Below are positions 1-12,912 of a DNA stretch of 64,000 bases, piece by piece; position 1 is the stretch's first letter, and every line of letters starts with the position of its first letter. The position numbers were made by a program, and so were the translations under genes. Origin of the DNA: Octopus sinensis (taxonomy: Eukaryota); assembly GCF_006345805.1 (NCBI RefSeq), contig NC_042997.1:180296001-180360000 (forward strand), in the 5' to 3' direction. The notes below the pieces were generated by a model. That model was given only the letters and a program-made list of their open reading frames with translations. It made no database searches and had not been told where the DNA came from.

Positions 1-536
1 AATGGTTTTGTTGACGGAGGAGGTGGAACGTGATAATGTGTTCAACGGAGAATATAATTCCTTTTTTTTTTGTTGTTGTTGTGTAGTGGGCTCATGCTAT
101 TTGTTGTTTTAGATTTCATTGCTCTTGCTTTAGTATTTTTAATTCGCCTTGTTGTTCTTAGTGTTTTGGGAGTGTAGTCAAAGTGTGATGATCGTAATGG
201 TGTTGCTTTTCTAATGCTTTTTATTGTTTCCATTGCTATTTGTACACTGTGTGTTAAATGTAAAAGTCGGTAGTGGCGGGAACATTTTCATAATGGATGT
301 CAGAACGGCCATTATCCTCCTCCATTTGGGAACGCATATTGCATTCTGTTTTAAAAATACATGGAGTTTTCAATAATAAATTAAAATATTCGCTCTTAAA
401 GGGTTAATTTCTCCACAAATCAACCAGCTTCAAAGTGAGTTGGCTTAACTAGCAGATAGTCCAACAAAATGCAAATATCGAAACACGAAACAAAAGTTAA
501 ACAAAAGTTACGAGCTGGAAACAAACGACTTCATAG

Positions 537-690
<154 letters not shown>

Positions 691-1262
691 AATAAAAAAT
701 GCCCTGATGCAGTGCCAGGCAGTGGCTCTCGTGGCTTCTAATCTTAACTGATTGGAAGTGTTATCATGCACATTGTTTCGTCTTGGTATAAAAGATTGGC
801 TACAGCAAATATTCTGCTCAATACCAGAGATTTGCTTGTCAGTTGTTTGACCTTAACCAGTTGAGCATGTCCCTTAGTGGCTGACGATATGTGCATCTCT
901 GATCACAGGCAGAAGTAGAGGGGGAGCATCATAGCCATGTGTTGAGAGGGATTCTTTGGGGTTTTAATCATTCACCTCTGCTAACATGGGTGTTTCGTTC
1001 AACGTCCTTAAACAACCCTTATTCAGGGGCCTTTTGAGTGGGATGGGCTACTCGACCAGAAGGAAATTCTAACTGGGCCCCACCTACAAGGTCATGTGCT
1101 GTTTATCTTGATATGAGATCGCCATGTCGCGTATATATGGTTGTGATGCATGTGCCTAGTGTACCTTTATCAGACGGGTATTCATGATGGGTATACCGGT
1201 ATACTGGGCTTCGTATATTTTACCCTAGTGTCGGTTTGATGGCATGCACTGCTCTCTCACGC
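691..1262. mobile_element. ~570-bp interspersed repeat flanked on both sides by (TAA)n; non-autonomous retroelement or Dong-type UTR, orientation uncertain
   Basis: A second diverged copy follows at 1322-1792 with the same right end (..ctctc + AAT run); both copies sit inside TAA tracts. Confidence 0.75.
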
Positions 1263-1321
<59 letters not shown>

Positions 1322-1322
<1 letters not shown>

Positions 1323-1792
1323 CTTGGTATAAAATATAGACTACAACAAAGTTTCTGATAAATACCACATGTTTACTTGTCAGTTATTTGACCTCAACCT
1401 GTTGAGCATGTCCCTTAGTGGCTGACGATATGTGCATTTCTGATTAGAAGCAGAAGTAGTGGGGTAGCATCATAGCCATGTCTCAAAGGAACTTGTGGCA
1501 TTTAAATATTTCACGTCTGAAAACATGGCCGTTTCGTTCAACATCCTTAAACAACCCTTATTCAGGGAACTTTTGAATGGGATTGGTTACAAGACCTGAA
1601 GAAAATTCTAACTGGGCCCCCACCTGCAAGGTTATGTGCTATTTATCTTGATATGAGATCACCATGTTACTCACACATCGTTGTTATACATGTGCCTGTG
1701 TTACGCTCTTGAGATGGGTAGTCATTATGTGTAAACTGCGATTCGTATATTTGTACCTGTGTCATTTTGATGGTATGTGCATTGTTCTCTCA
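1322..1792. mobile_element. Left-truncated second copy of the 691-1262 element
   Basis: Shares blocks such as gttgagcatgtcccttagtggctgacgatatgtgcat and aacatccttaaacaacccttattcaggg with copy 1. Confidence 0.8.
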
Positions 1793-1829
1793 ATAATAAT
1801 AACATTAATCCCAACATCAACAACAACAG

Positions 1830-3005
1830 CAGGAATAATAGACTGGACCATAAAATAATTATAGAAACTTGACTGAAAAACTAGGAAGTTGCTGACCAGG
1901 TGTGGAGCCCACCATCCGAAAACTGATATCAACCGGCTGTACTTAAGGAGACACCAGGGTGGACCAGATTTAATATCAGTAGAAGAATGTGTAGAGATTG
2001 AAAGACAAATCCTGGTACAGTATTTACAGAGCAGCACAGAAAAACTAGCAAATATAGTTAAGAAAGAACAGGTGATAAAACATGTAATAGGAGAAAAGGG
2101 CAAGAATGAAATACAAAGAGAGCACTTCAGAGTGATCGAAGAGAAACCTTGGCATGGCCAATTTTTGAGAGGCACTGAAGAAGTATGTCGAACAAAATCC
2201 TGGGCTTGGTTTCAAAAAGGAGCAAGTAGAAGAAGAAACAGAGAGCCTAACTGTAGCATCCGAAGATCAAGCGATAAAAACAAACAACTTGGGAGAATAT
2301 TTATACATATGGATAGAATGAGTCAGAAAAATGTAGACCCAGTGAAACCTGCAGCGAACAGTGGCACACATTGTGGGAGAATGCCCCAAGTTGGTACAGG
2401 AAGAATATTAAGAAAATAGAGACACATCAAGTTTGTAAAAGTTTTACACTGAAAACTGGGCCAGAAATAGGGATTTGAAGCTGGAAACAAGTGGTACAGT
2501 CAACGATTCGAAAGAGTACTAGAGACGGCGAAATCTAAGATTTTGCTGGAACTTTCGAATTCAAACGGAACAAAAATTAGAAAACAATAAACCAGATATT
2601 ACAATCATAGATAAAGAAACACGAAGTTGTTTACTTATCGACTCTAGTATCGTAAAGAAGAGGAAGAAAAAAAATACAATCCCCTAAAATTTGAAATAGG
2701 AAGAATTTGGTGTATGCGAATAGGAAAGGTCGTGCCTATAATAACTAGTGCGTTGGGATCAATAATCTATATAGACAAATGGCAGAGAGAGAATGAAATA
2801 GAATGACCGGTAGAGCTCCTACGGAACGTTTGTCGCTAAGGGGCAGCCAAGGAGTATCAGGAGGGCTCTAAGTACTTTCAAGTACTTGAAGTCTTTCAAG
2901 TATTTGAAAGACTGCAGAAAAGTTGCGGATACCTAAGGTTACAGGTAGCAACCCTCTATCCACATAGTCCCTACCAGGAATAACACCGATCCTGAGACAA
3001 ACCAA
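1830..3005 (+). mobile_element. R4/Dong-like non-LTR retrotransposon, 3' remnant (post-RT region, zinc knuckle, RLE endonuclease, 3' UTR)
   Basis: HHPKTDINRLYLRR..GG and KPWHGQF..W motifs (ORF 1889-2419); frameshifted DFRIQTEQKLENNKPDITIIDKE (PD motif of RLE) near 2550-2620; followed by a (TAA)n tail. Confidence 0.88.
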
Positions 3006-3091
<86 letters not shown>

Positions 3092-3257
3092 TGATAATAA
3101 TAATAATGATAATAATAATAATAATAATAACAATAATAATAATAATAATAATAATAATGATGATGATGATAATAATAATGATAATAATAATAATAATGAT
3201 AATAATAATGATAATAATAATAATAATATTAATAATAATAATAATAATAATAATATG

Positions 3258-3298
<41 letters not shown>

Positions 3299-3306
3299 TA
3301 ATAATA

Positions 3307-3350
<44 letters not shown>
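3006..3350 (+). repeat. (TAA)n/(TGA)n microsatellite, tail or target of the Dong-like element
   Basis: Direct reading. Confidence 0.97.
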
Positions 3351-4743
3351 TGAATAAAGCTTTCCGGAGTAAGCAATAACTTCAAAGGATTCTTTTAAAT
3401 TGCATGTCACGTATTGAGAAGAGCATTCTCACCGTGAGAAAGATAACCTTTGATGTAAATATTTATTGGTTTTTGTAGCTAGATTATACGGTGGGAGTAT
3501 TTTAATACCATATAATTGTTATATTATAATATGTCTTGTCGCATAATCATTCGTATTTAAAAATGACGCTGTCGCGTGACGTCTACGCCAATTCAAGTGT
3601 GACATAATCCGGAATGAATGTCTGCAAATGCATCACAGAATTAAGCCTTTTATAACATTTGTAATTTTATATTCTATAAAAATGCCATCACTGCGATAGG
3701 CTGAATGCAGCGTACTGTGCATCCTCCAACAAAAGCTGAGATTTTACATCTTAGAAAGAGAAAAATAGAGAATTAATATATTTGCTGTCAAACACAATAT
3801 CAAAGGAATGAGTATCAAGTTCCATATATGAATTGCTCTCTTGTGATTCTAATCTCAAATTATTATAAAGCAGTCTTCAATATTCGGTGGAGAAAACCTA
3901 TATACTTCCAACACCTTGGATAATTTTAAACGACGATATCAATATTGAATGACGGTTTTGTATTCCTTGTTGTAATCCGTCCTCAAAGTATCGCTACGGT
4001 ATCTTTACAGGAATTTCATATATATATTTTGAAAATTGAATCGAGTTAAGGACTGCTTGGAGACAGAAAACCTGGTTAGACGCGCGTCATCAGTGCAAGA
4101 AACTATTAGTAGCTCGTACTTTTCTATATATGTATTCTAATACTCTAACCTCTTCCTCTCCTTCTCCTCCTGCCTGTGGTTTTGTAGATGTTTGATGTAT
4201 ATCCGGAATGTAACATTGTTCTCATAGAAATATATTCTGAATTATCTTCCTGTTTTCATTTTGGTCTCTTATTATTATACAAGGATCAACAATATTTCCG
4301 GTATAATGACTTTGTTTACGTTTAAAGCATTACAGAAAAATCATTCTCTTCAAAAGTTTAAATCTAACTGCATTAATGTAATTATATATGTTCATTTATT
4401 ACCGAAAATCCATATCACAATTTTAAAGATAATTTTGATATTGCTACATGCAAGCCTACACACAGGAAGACGACACAAAAAAATTCAAATATAACCAAAG
4501 CTGAATTAACTGTAAACTTTTCGCTAATTAGATATGTATAAATTCTCAAGCATGTACACACACACATACACATGCACACACATGCGGGCTTACACCCCTA
4601 CAAACACAGACATTTTCTTGAGTAATGTATCAGTGTGCATGCATGTGTTTATATGCATGTTTAACTCAGAGAAAATTAAAGAAAGGAAATGAAACGAGAT
4701 ACCATGCCATGAATAGCAAGATTAAAGAAATGTGATCTGGTAA

Positions 4744-4969
4744 GGCGGCGAGCTGGCAGAAACGTTAGCACGCCGGGCGTAATGCTTGGCAGTACTTCGT
4801 CTGCCGCTACGTTCTGAATTCAAATTCTGCCGAGGTAGACTTTGCCTTTCATCCTTTCGGGGTCGATAAATTAAGTACCAGTCACGCACTGGGGTCGATA
4901 TAATTGACTTAATCCATTTGTTCTTGTTTGTCCCCTCTGTGTTTGGCCCCTTGTGGGTAGTAAACAAAT
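4744..4969 (+). mobile_element. tRNA-derived SINE, family B (ggcggcgagctggcagaaacgttagcacgccgggcg..)
   Basis: Multi-copy in window; 19-bp TSD aagaaatgtgatctgg(t/c)aa at 4725-4743 and 4970-4988. Confidence 0.93.
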
Positions 4970-6114
4970 AAGAAATGTGATCTGGCAAAATAACCATGGC
5001 TGGATGTATAGCACTGTGAACCAATACCGAAGTATGCCCATGCCCTGAACGAAGAAGATCGAACAATTAAATATAGGCAATCCTGCTCGTCGTATGGAGG
5101 TATAAAATCAAAGAAAGCACACCTAAGTAGGAAGAAAAAAAATGAAAATTGTGGAAAATCGATTCAACGGATCCGACAGTCCGATAGCAGAATAGAAGAT
5201 ATGCAGGTAAAAAGAAAAAATATGAAAAACTTGTCAACCTTTAAATCAGATATGCACCGAAAAATAAGAAATGTAGAAAAACAGTGAGACCAGGCGCCAC
5301 TCTTACAGAGATGATTTCGATGCGAAGATATGGAATTGACAAAATAACAATGCCGCTCAGTAATATAAACGGACACTCGGGATTAAGTGTTCACATCGGA
5401 TTTTGTAACTTCTTTGTGAATACAACTAGCTTTATGAACCAAGTTAGAAAAGTTTTCTCCGTGTCCTTATGTCATGATCCAGAAATAAAATCAAGCTTGA
5501 ATTATAAGAGGCACAATGTGTATGTCTTGAAAACGAAAATAAAAACCAGCAAACGCTGTGTAGTTATTGATTGTTTTGAATACAATTAATTAAGATAGGA
5601 AGAAATTATGAGTTAGGAAGAAATTATATCACAACATATAAAAGGATTTGGCTGTTTTAAAATATGAAACATGTCAAATAAACAGCTGCACTAGGTGTGA
5701 GGAAACTATATTTTAGCGCATACATAGAATTAATTCATATATACAGCTGCGTGTCATGGTAAATGAAATGTGTGCAAACATGTATTAATAATGCAGAGAT
5801 ATGGTTTCTTCGGCAAATAGTGATTGCGCTCAATAGAGATATAGTGACAAACGTCGAAATGCTTACAAGAGCGAATACCACTAGAAAGCTCCCTACCAGC
5901 ATAAGGAGACAGCAGTCTAAGTACACTGGATAACATGTGGAAATAAATATCTAGAGTTCTTAGTGACAGTCGTTTAATTACAAGGAAGAAAACTCCAGGC
6001 ACGACACAGCAGTAAGGTGCTTCGTTACTTTACAACCGCCAAAATACACTGATAATAACTACAGAAATCAAACGGGCTAAGACAATCTCCTAGCAAACAG
6101 TCAAGTATTTGGAT

Positions 6115-6314
6115 TCACGTGGACCGGTTTCTGCACTGGCACAATAACTTCAGCTTCCTCAGCACGCGTTTCCATGATAGAGACCCCGCAACCCGTCGTG
6201 TTGAAGTCTGCGCTGTAACTGATTCGTTTTGCGCCGAAACCATGGCAGTCACCAGAGTGAAAATATTTTCGACACGGAGCAAATAATTCACGAGAAAAAA
6301 TAATTCAGGAAAAA
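6115..6314 (-). CDS. Candidate terminal coding segment ending ..WKRVLRKLKLLCQCRNRST*, interrupted upstream by a Helitron; product unknown
   Basis: Paralogue at 7056-7103 keeps LLCQCRNRST* with mostly synonymous changes; frame stays open to a candidate acceptor near 6887 if the Helitron is removed. Confidence 0.3.
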
Positions 6315-6827
6315 TCTATATATATAAAACAGTAGTTGTGTGAGTGTCTGTCTCCTTCGATTTAGATTCCTAACTACTCCCACATTTTGCGGTGCAGTTT
6401 AACCAAAACCGGGTATCTTATAGTCGTGATTCATATCGAGCCCGTCTGAGTATTAGCGCGCGTCTACGATGAGTCTACGATTTTAAAAATAATTTAACAT
6501 CATTTTTTATTCCATTTTAATGCATAATTTTTCGTGTGTCGATGGCGGCGGAGTTGGCGTCCATGGTCACAGCTGCATCTGTTTGCTTCTCCCCCTTCTT
6601 CCCTCCCTCGTGAAGCTGTGGGGAAGGGAGTGTAAGGAAATCAACGTCGTAAAGCGTTGTCAAGGAGACCAGCGTTCTTTTAGAACAACGACTTCATGGC
6701 TTGAAGACACCAAAACAGAAATGGCTAAGAAAGCCCGAATTGGCATCTATAAGGGAAGTAACTCTCTAAAAATGCTTATATAGTTATTTCCCTTACAAAC
6801 CCGAGCAACGCCGGGCGATACTGCTAG
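6315..6827 (+). mobile_element. Non-autonomous Helitron, family A
   Basis: A|TC 5' end (tctatatatataaaa), 3' hairpin cccgagcaacgccggg, CTAG|T end, no TSD; near-identical copy at 29481-29990. Confidence 0.9.
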
Positions 6828-7055
6828 TATAATATAATATAGGCGATTGTAGCCCTACCTCCGCCAAAAGAAAAAAGTAAATTGCTGAAGGATTAAAATT
6901 AATCAAAGGACACACTAAGTATGTCTACTTGCTGGTAATAACAGTCAAAACTCTTATTTAAATCGCGAAAATACACTGATAATAGCTATAGAAATCAACC
7001 GTCCGAAGGCAAACGGACTAAGACAATCTCTCTGTACACATTCAAGTATTTGGAC

Positions 7056-7200
7056 TTATGTGGACCTGTTTCTACACTGGCATAATAGTCTCAGATTCCT
7101 CAGATTTCAACTTGACCAGGTTCATGAAGGAACCTGATGAAGAAGATGCGCAAGCCGAAACTTTAACGTCACTGCCAATCTTTTCGTTGAAAAATGTAAT
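7056..7200 (-). pseudogene. Second, diverged copy of the coding-like segment (LRNLRLLCQCRNRST*)
   Basis: 6960-7110 aligns with 6030-6165; in-frame TGA just upstream; SINE inserted at 7216. Confidence 0.3.
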
Positions 7201-7215
7201 ATATGCATGTGTATA

Positions 7216-7382
7216 GGCGCAGGAGTGGCTGTGTGGTAAGTAGCTTGCTAACCAACCACATGGTTCCGGGTTCAGTCCCATTGCGTGGCATCTTGGGCAA
7301 GTGTCTTCTGCTATAGCCCCGGGCCGACCAATGCCTTGTGAGTGGATTTGGTAGACGGAAACTGAAAGAAGCCTGTCGTATA

Positions 7383-7451
<69 letters not shown>

Positions 7452-7672
7452 TTGTGTGTCTGTGTTTGTCCCCCTAGCATTGCCTGACAACCGATGCTGG
7501 TGTGTTTACGTCCCCGTCACTTAGCGGTTCGGCAAAAGAGACCGATAGAATAAGTACTGGGCTTACAAAGATTAAGTTCCGGGGTCGATTTGCTCGACTA
7601 AAGGCGGTGCTCCAGCATGGCCGCAGTCAAATGACTGAAACAAGTAAAAGAGTAAAGAGAGTAAAAGAGTAT
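7216..7672 (+). mobile_element. tRNA-derived SINE, family A (ggcgcaggagtggctgtgtgg..) with internal TA/TG microsatellite
   Basis: A/B-box-like head, CORE-like ttgggcaagtgtcttc, 3' end ggcggtgctccagcatggccgcagtcaaatgactgaaacaagtaaaagag; many copies in window. Confidence 0.93.
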
Positions 7673-8555
7673 GCAGTTTGCAAGTTTATTGATTGTTCAG
7701 TGTATTGCAAAAGAGATAAAGATAATTTCATATTCCCTCAGTGAAGTGTATTTGAGTTCATTAGAATAAAGTATATCTCTGTAATGGCGGATGTAAATGC
7801 CTGTTGGTTGATTGTTTCTCAAGATAGACTTAATATCCAATAGGGTGATTGAGCGAGAGATAGAGAAATTGAGAGATAGAGAGGGGGAGAGAGAGTGTGT
7901 GTGAATGAGATATTCAGAGCAATTTAATGTAAAAGTTGAAGTCGAAAGAGGAACATAGAAATTAAAATTTAGTGACTGGGGAATAATAAGGATTGAAATT
8001 TGCGTAGTCAATAGACAGTTAACACATGACACACGCTTACACACACTGCGTGCAATCTTCTGTCCTTGACTCCCACACATCCACACATGCACGAACATAA
8101 TTACAGATAAACTAGAAGGATTATCTTGACAAGCATCCGTTAGGAAGTGTTAAAGTAGCAGTAAGTTTATTATTGTGTATGTACATGTCTGTGTGTGTGT
8201 GTGTGTACTCATGTGTAGGCATATATGCTTATGATTTTCTGTTAAATAATAGCATCGTATGGTTACTCTAGTCGTTCTTTACGCAGTATAAAGAAAAGGG
8301 CTGAGTACATTGGAGTTACACAAAACGGCGCAGGATGAGAAAATACACTGGTGTTTGTGTCAAGCAAAGAGTAAAGGATTACCTCACAGAGTGATTGAGT
8401 GGGTAAGAATCGCTCAGAAACCGGTGTATTATGAGTATAGTGAGTAAATGGTAGTTAGCTGTCGCTGAAAAACACTCCGAGTTTTTAATATTAGTGCTAT
8501 GAATTTTTTCCTTAGAAACCTTTGAAATTAATTGTTCGATACATACATACATACA

Positions 8556-8586
<31 letters not shown>

Positions 8587-8704
8587 GAGAGGGATGACTA
8601 CTATGTGGACAACCCTCATGCTAGAAGTAGATCCTCTATGGTCTTACCACAAAGAAATTTTCTCGTGAAAATTTAGAAAATACCACAACTTTATATATAT
8701 ATAT

Positions 8705-8880
8705 ATAGTTAATCCAAACAAGGAAGCACCAAAATAAAACACAACAACGCGAGGACGTGGAACAAATATAGTATTATTGGACGCTCAGGAAAGAAGGAAA
8801 GAAGGAGGGTATAACGTTTCGAGCGGAGCTCTTCGTCGGAAACATAGGAGAAAGAAAGATCCAGAGAAGGGAAGACAGAG
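8705..8880 (-). mobile_element. Penelope-like terminal fragment with minimal HHR-like motif (8812-8843)
   Basis: Minus strand reads ccgacga-a-gagc-tcc-gctc-gaaac-gtta; adjoins a TA microsatellite. Confidence 0.65.
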
Positions 8881-8934
8881 GGAAAAAAATCACCAACGGT
8901 ACACATGCGGTCACAGAGAGAGAGAGATGGGAGA

Positions 8935-8979
8935 GATAGATAGATGGATAGATAGATAGATAGATAGATAAATAGATAA

Positions 8980-9063
<84 letters not shown>
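8935..9063 (+). repeat. (GATA)n microsatellite
   Basis: Direct reading. Confidence 0.98.
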
Positions 9064-9065
<2 letters not shown>

Positions 9066-9514
9066 TGAGAATAGTCGCTACCCATGAACTTATTTAAGAC
9101 TATCCCTTCTACTACTGCTACTACAACCACAAAAGTACACTGTGTGTCTACTTGGCCATTAAAACAGATTACACGGACAGCCTTTACTTCTTCGACTGCT
9201 GCTACTTAAACCATCAAGCTTCACACCCAAAAATATCTTAGCACCCGGAAAGACATTTTTTCAGATCTGCAGCAACCTACTTTTAGAACCTTCACAGAGA
9301 AAAAGAGATAGAGAGACAGAAAAGAAAGAAAAATGTCCTACGTATGTGAAGACAATGGAAATATTTAGAAAACATTTCATTTAATTTTCTCTTCAATTTA
9401 ACTGTTTTTCTTCTTTGTTAGAATAAAGTATATCTATATAATAGTGTACATAAATGCCTGTAAGTTGATTGATTTCTCAAAATATCCAATAGGATGATGT
9501 AACGAGAGACATAT

Positions 9515-9552
<38 letters not shown>

Positions 9553-9728
9553 TAAATGAGATATTCAGAGCAATATCCACCTGTGTTTTACTCTTAGTTG
9601 AAAAAGTTGAAAAGACAGAAACCTTTAGTAATCACTGCAAAATGTATTTCATGATAAAATTATTTTACCATTTTCTACTAAGTCTTATTTTCCTTATACA
9701 TATCAACTCGTGTGTCACTTTTCAAAAT

Positions 9729-9878
<150 letters not shown>

Positions 9879-10930
9879 TTGTGAACTTACGGATTCAAAG
9901 CTAACTTTTCCTAATTTCCTAATGTATATATCACAAGAATTTCTGCAGTAATATTAACAGTTTTGCCACCATGGTTAATACAAGGAAACGAAGCATTAAC
10001 AGAATAACCATAATTAAACTCTATCAAATTAGGGTTACACTCAAGTTTCAAATAATATTTATGCATTCATTTAATTTCATCTTTTCCTGTATACGGTAAC
10101 ACGCTAGCAGCGTATATTATAGCTGGGTAAATCTCTATAGAAATAGCTATGCGATTTATCTCTCATATATGCGTTGCATTAAAAAATAAATAAAAACTTT
10201 GTAGCATTTTACTGTTATGACAATGAGATAGTTATTTGATAGTGACAACACATTCTATAATGAAGGCATATTTTTTTAGTTTTAGAGATAATTATTCGTA
10301 CCTCTGCATCTGAACACCAATTTTACTGTCAATTAAATTTATTTTTCTTTCTTTTGATAATTTACATAAAATTGTTGTATTTCTCAACCAGGCAAAGTGT
10401 ACATCGTTTTTATATATATATTAGTAAATAGTGTTGTGGTCCCAATTATAGATACAGTTCTATGATCCCGATTATTGATAGAATGCTGTGGACAAAACAG
10501 AAATAACGCTGATGTCTCAATTATTGTCATGTTATCATGTACATATTCTCCTGTTCCCAGCAAACCTGAAAGTGTGAAAGAAAATTTTATCTTTAGATAT
10601 CAGCTCTTGAGAGCAGTGCGTCTCCTGGTTTTGAATATGTGCTTTTAAATTTTTATGCAGCTTCATTTGATGACATCTAGGGAACTAGTTTTCCTTGCTA
10701 CACAGTCTTTGGGAAACACATATCATTAAACAGTCAGAAACTCGCTTCATACAATCGTTTTCTGGTTGCAATTCCGGCGTTACTCAGTTGTTCAAAATAT
10801 TATTTTACATTCAATGAATACAGATTGAGTTTTCCCAAGTAAATAAGGTTATTGCTATGTTATGCATATTAAGTAGTTTGTAATAGAGAGTCACATGCAA
10901 AAGTTACTTTCTGAAAGTTATATCATTATA

Positions 10931-10976
<46 letters not shown>

Positions 10977-10998
10977 ATAATATATTATTTTGTATATA

Positions 10999-11157
10999 TC
11001 CTTTTTTCTCTCCTTGTTTTTTCTGTGCACCTTTCTGTAGAAGAGCGTAGGCTCGAAACGTAAAATACTTTTTCTATTCCTGAGCGTTATACTAATACAT
11101 CTGTTTGTTTTGTACACCACCTGTCTCCGTCTTTTGTGTTTTTCGTAATTTTCCCTA
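10999..11157 (+). mobile_element. Penelope-like terminal fragment with HHR-like motif (11031-11066)
   Basis: cttt-ctgtaga-a-gagc-gtag-gctc-gaaac-gta-aaa; embedded in TA microsatellite; inverted sister copy at 13386-13545. Confidence 0.7.
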
Positions 11158-11515
11158 TATATATATATATATTATATATAATATATATATATATTATATA
11201 TATATATAGATATATATATATATATCATATATATATATACATTATATATATACATATATATACATATATACATATATATATATACATATATATACATATA
11301 TACTATATATATATACATATATATATACATATATATATACATATATATATACATATATATATATACATATATATATACATATATATATATATACATATAT
11401 ATATATACATATATATATACATATATGTATATATATATACATATATATACATATATATATATACATATATATATATACATATATATATAATATATATATA
11501 CATATATATATATAC
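11157..11515. repeat. TA/TACA-rich compound microsatellite
   Basis: Direct reading. Confidence 0.97.
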
Positions 11516-11794
11516 ATTAAAAAAGGGGTAGAATTAATTAATTGTTAATCAATTCGACCAAGCAGTATTCGGTATGTGAAAGGACCATTTACGGTATATT
11601 TGAAGTATTAATTTATAAAAATATGGTAAAGTAAAAAAATTCACTTTACCACACACCGAACTTTTCGGAAATAGCAGCCAAAAATTTGGCTATTTCTTCA
11701 ACTGCAAATAAAAGTCTCCAGATAATGCATACTCAGAAAATAACTCACATAGGTATAAGGGAAAAACAATGAAAGATCACATCCATATAAGATA

Positions 11795-11856
11795 CCCGAG
11801 GACAGCCTGTTTCTGGATTCGTGGGTTAAACGCCACTTTTCCTTCATCAGCTCAGA
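11795..11856 (-). ncRNA. Type I hammerhead ribozyme motif
   Basis: Reverse complement of the 12592-12653 motif; all core nucleotides present. Confidence 0.8.
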
Positions 11857-12591
11857 GATTTCTTCTGATTTAGATTTGAAAATACTAAGAATCAAACATA
11901 CCCGTCCGATATTTGTAACATCGGACAAACCATGCCAGACACCCAGTACTAGCGAATCCAAAAATACAAATGAGATCTATTATTCTCCCTGTCCACCCAC
12001 GTGAGTCATAGAGTAGTACATTCCTACAGAGGCAAAAACTGTAGTTCAAATTCTTGGAGAGAAAGCATTATATTGTCATTAAAAAAGGGGTAGAATTAAT
12101 TAATTGTTAATCAATTCGACCAAGCAGTATTCGGTATGTAAAAGGACCATTTACGGTATATTTGAAGTATTAATTTATAAAAATATGGTAAAGTAAAAAA
12201 ATTCACTTTACCACACACCGAACTTTTCAGAAATAGCAGCCAAAAATTTGGCTATTTCTTCAACTGCAAATAAAAGTCTCCAGATAATGCATACTCAGAA
12301 AATAACTCACATAGGTATAAGGGAAAAACAATGAAAGATCACATCCATATAAGATACCCGAGGACAGCCTGACAATATAATGCTTTCTCTCCAAGAATTT
12401 GAACTACAGTTTTTGCCTCTGTAGGAATGTACTACTCTATGACTCACGTGGGTGGACAGGGAGAATAATAGATCTCATTTGTATTTTTGGATTCGCTAGT
12501 ACTGTGTGTCTGGCATGGTTTGTCCGATGTTACAAATATCGGACGGGTATGTTTGATTCTTAGTATTTTCAAATCTAAATCAGAAGAAATC

Positions 12592-12653
12592 TCTGAGCTG
12601 ATGAAGGAAAAGTGGCGTTTAACCCACGAATCCAGAAACAGGCTGTCCTCGGG
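12592..12653 (+). ncRNA. Type I hammerhead ribozyme motif
   Basis: Stem I tctgag/ctcggg; CUGAUGA at 12598-12604; stem II gga..gtgg/ccac..tcc; GAAA at 12635-12638; stem III ACAG/CUGU with 1-nt loop; GUC triplet at 12645-12647. Confidence 0.8.
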
Positions 12654-12861
12654 TATCTTATATGGATGTGATCTTTCATTGTTTTTCCCTTATACCTATG
12701 TGAGTTATTTTCTGAGTATGCATTATCTGGAGACTTTTATTTGCAGTTGAAGAAATAGCCAAATTTTTGGCTGCTATTTCCGAAAAGTTCGGTGTGTGGT
12801 AAGTGAATTTTTTTACTTTACCATATTTTTATAAATTAATACTTTTTATATATATATAAAC

Positions 12862-12912
<51 letters not shown>

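Larger units (their letters stand above)
11516..12844. mobile_element. HHR-bearing Penelope/retrozyme-like element: 562-nt unit, 294-nt direct repeat and inverted copy
   Basis: 11516-11809 repeats at 12078-12371 (2 substitutions seen); 12371-12844 is the reverse complement of 12077-11605; TA microsatellite on both sides. Confidence 0.88.

Noticed and set aside
4055-4125. KTWLDARHQCKKL resembling a C-type lectin motif
   Set aside because: Too short, no convincing splice sites, and no further domain cysteines.
11698-12750. Identical 87-aa ORFs (MDSLVL..) on opposite strands
   Set aside because: A consequence of the recent inverted duplication; starts at TTG and has no recognisable domain.
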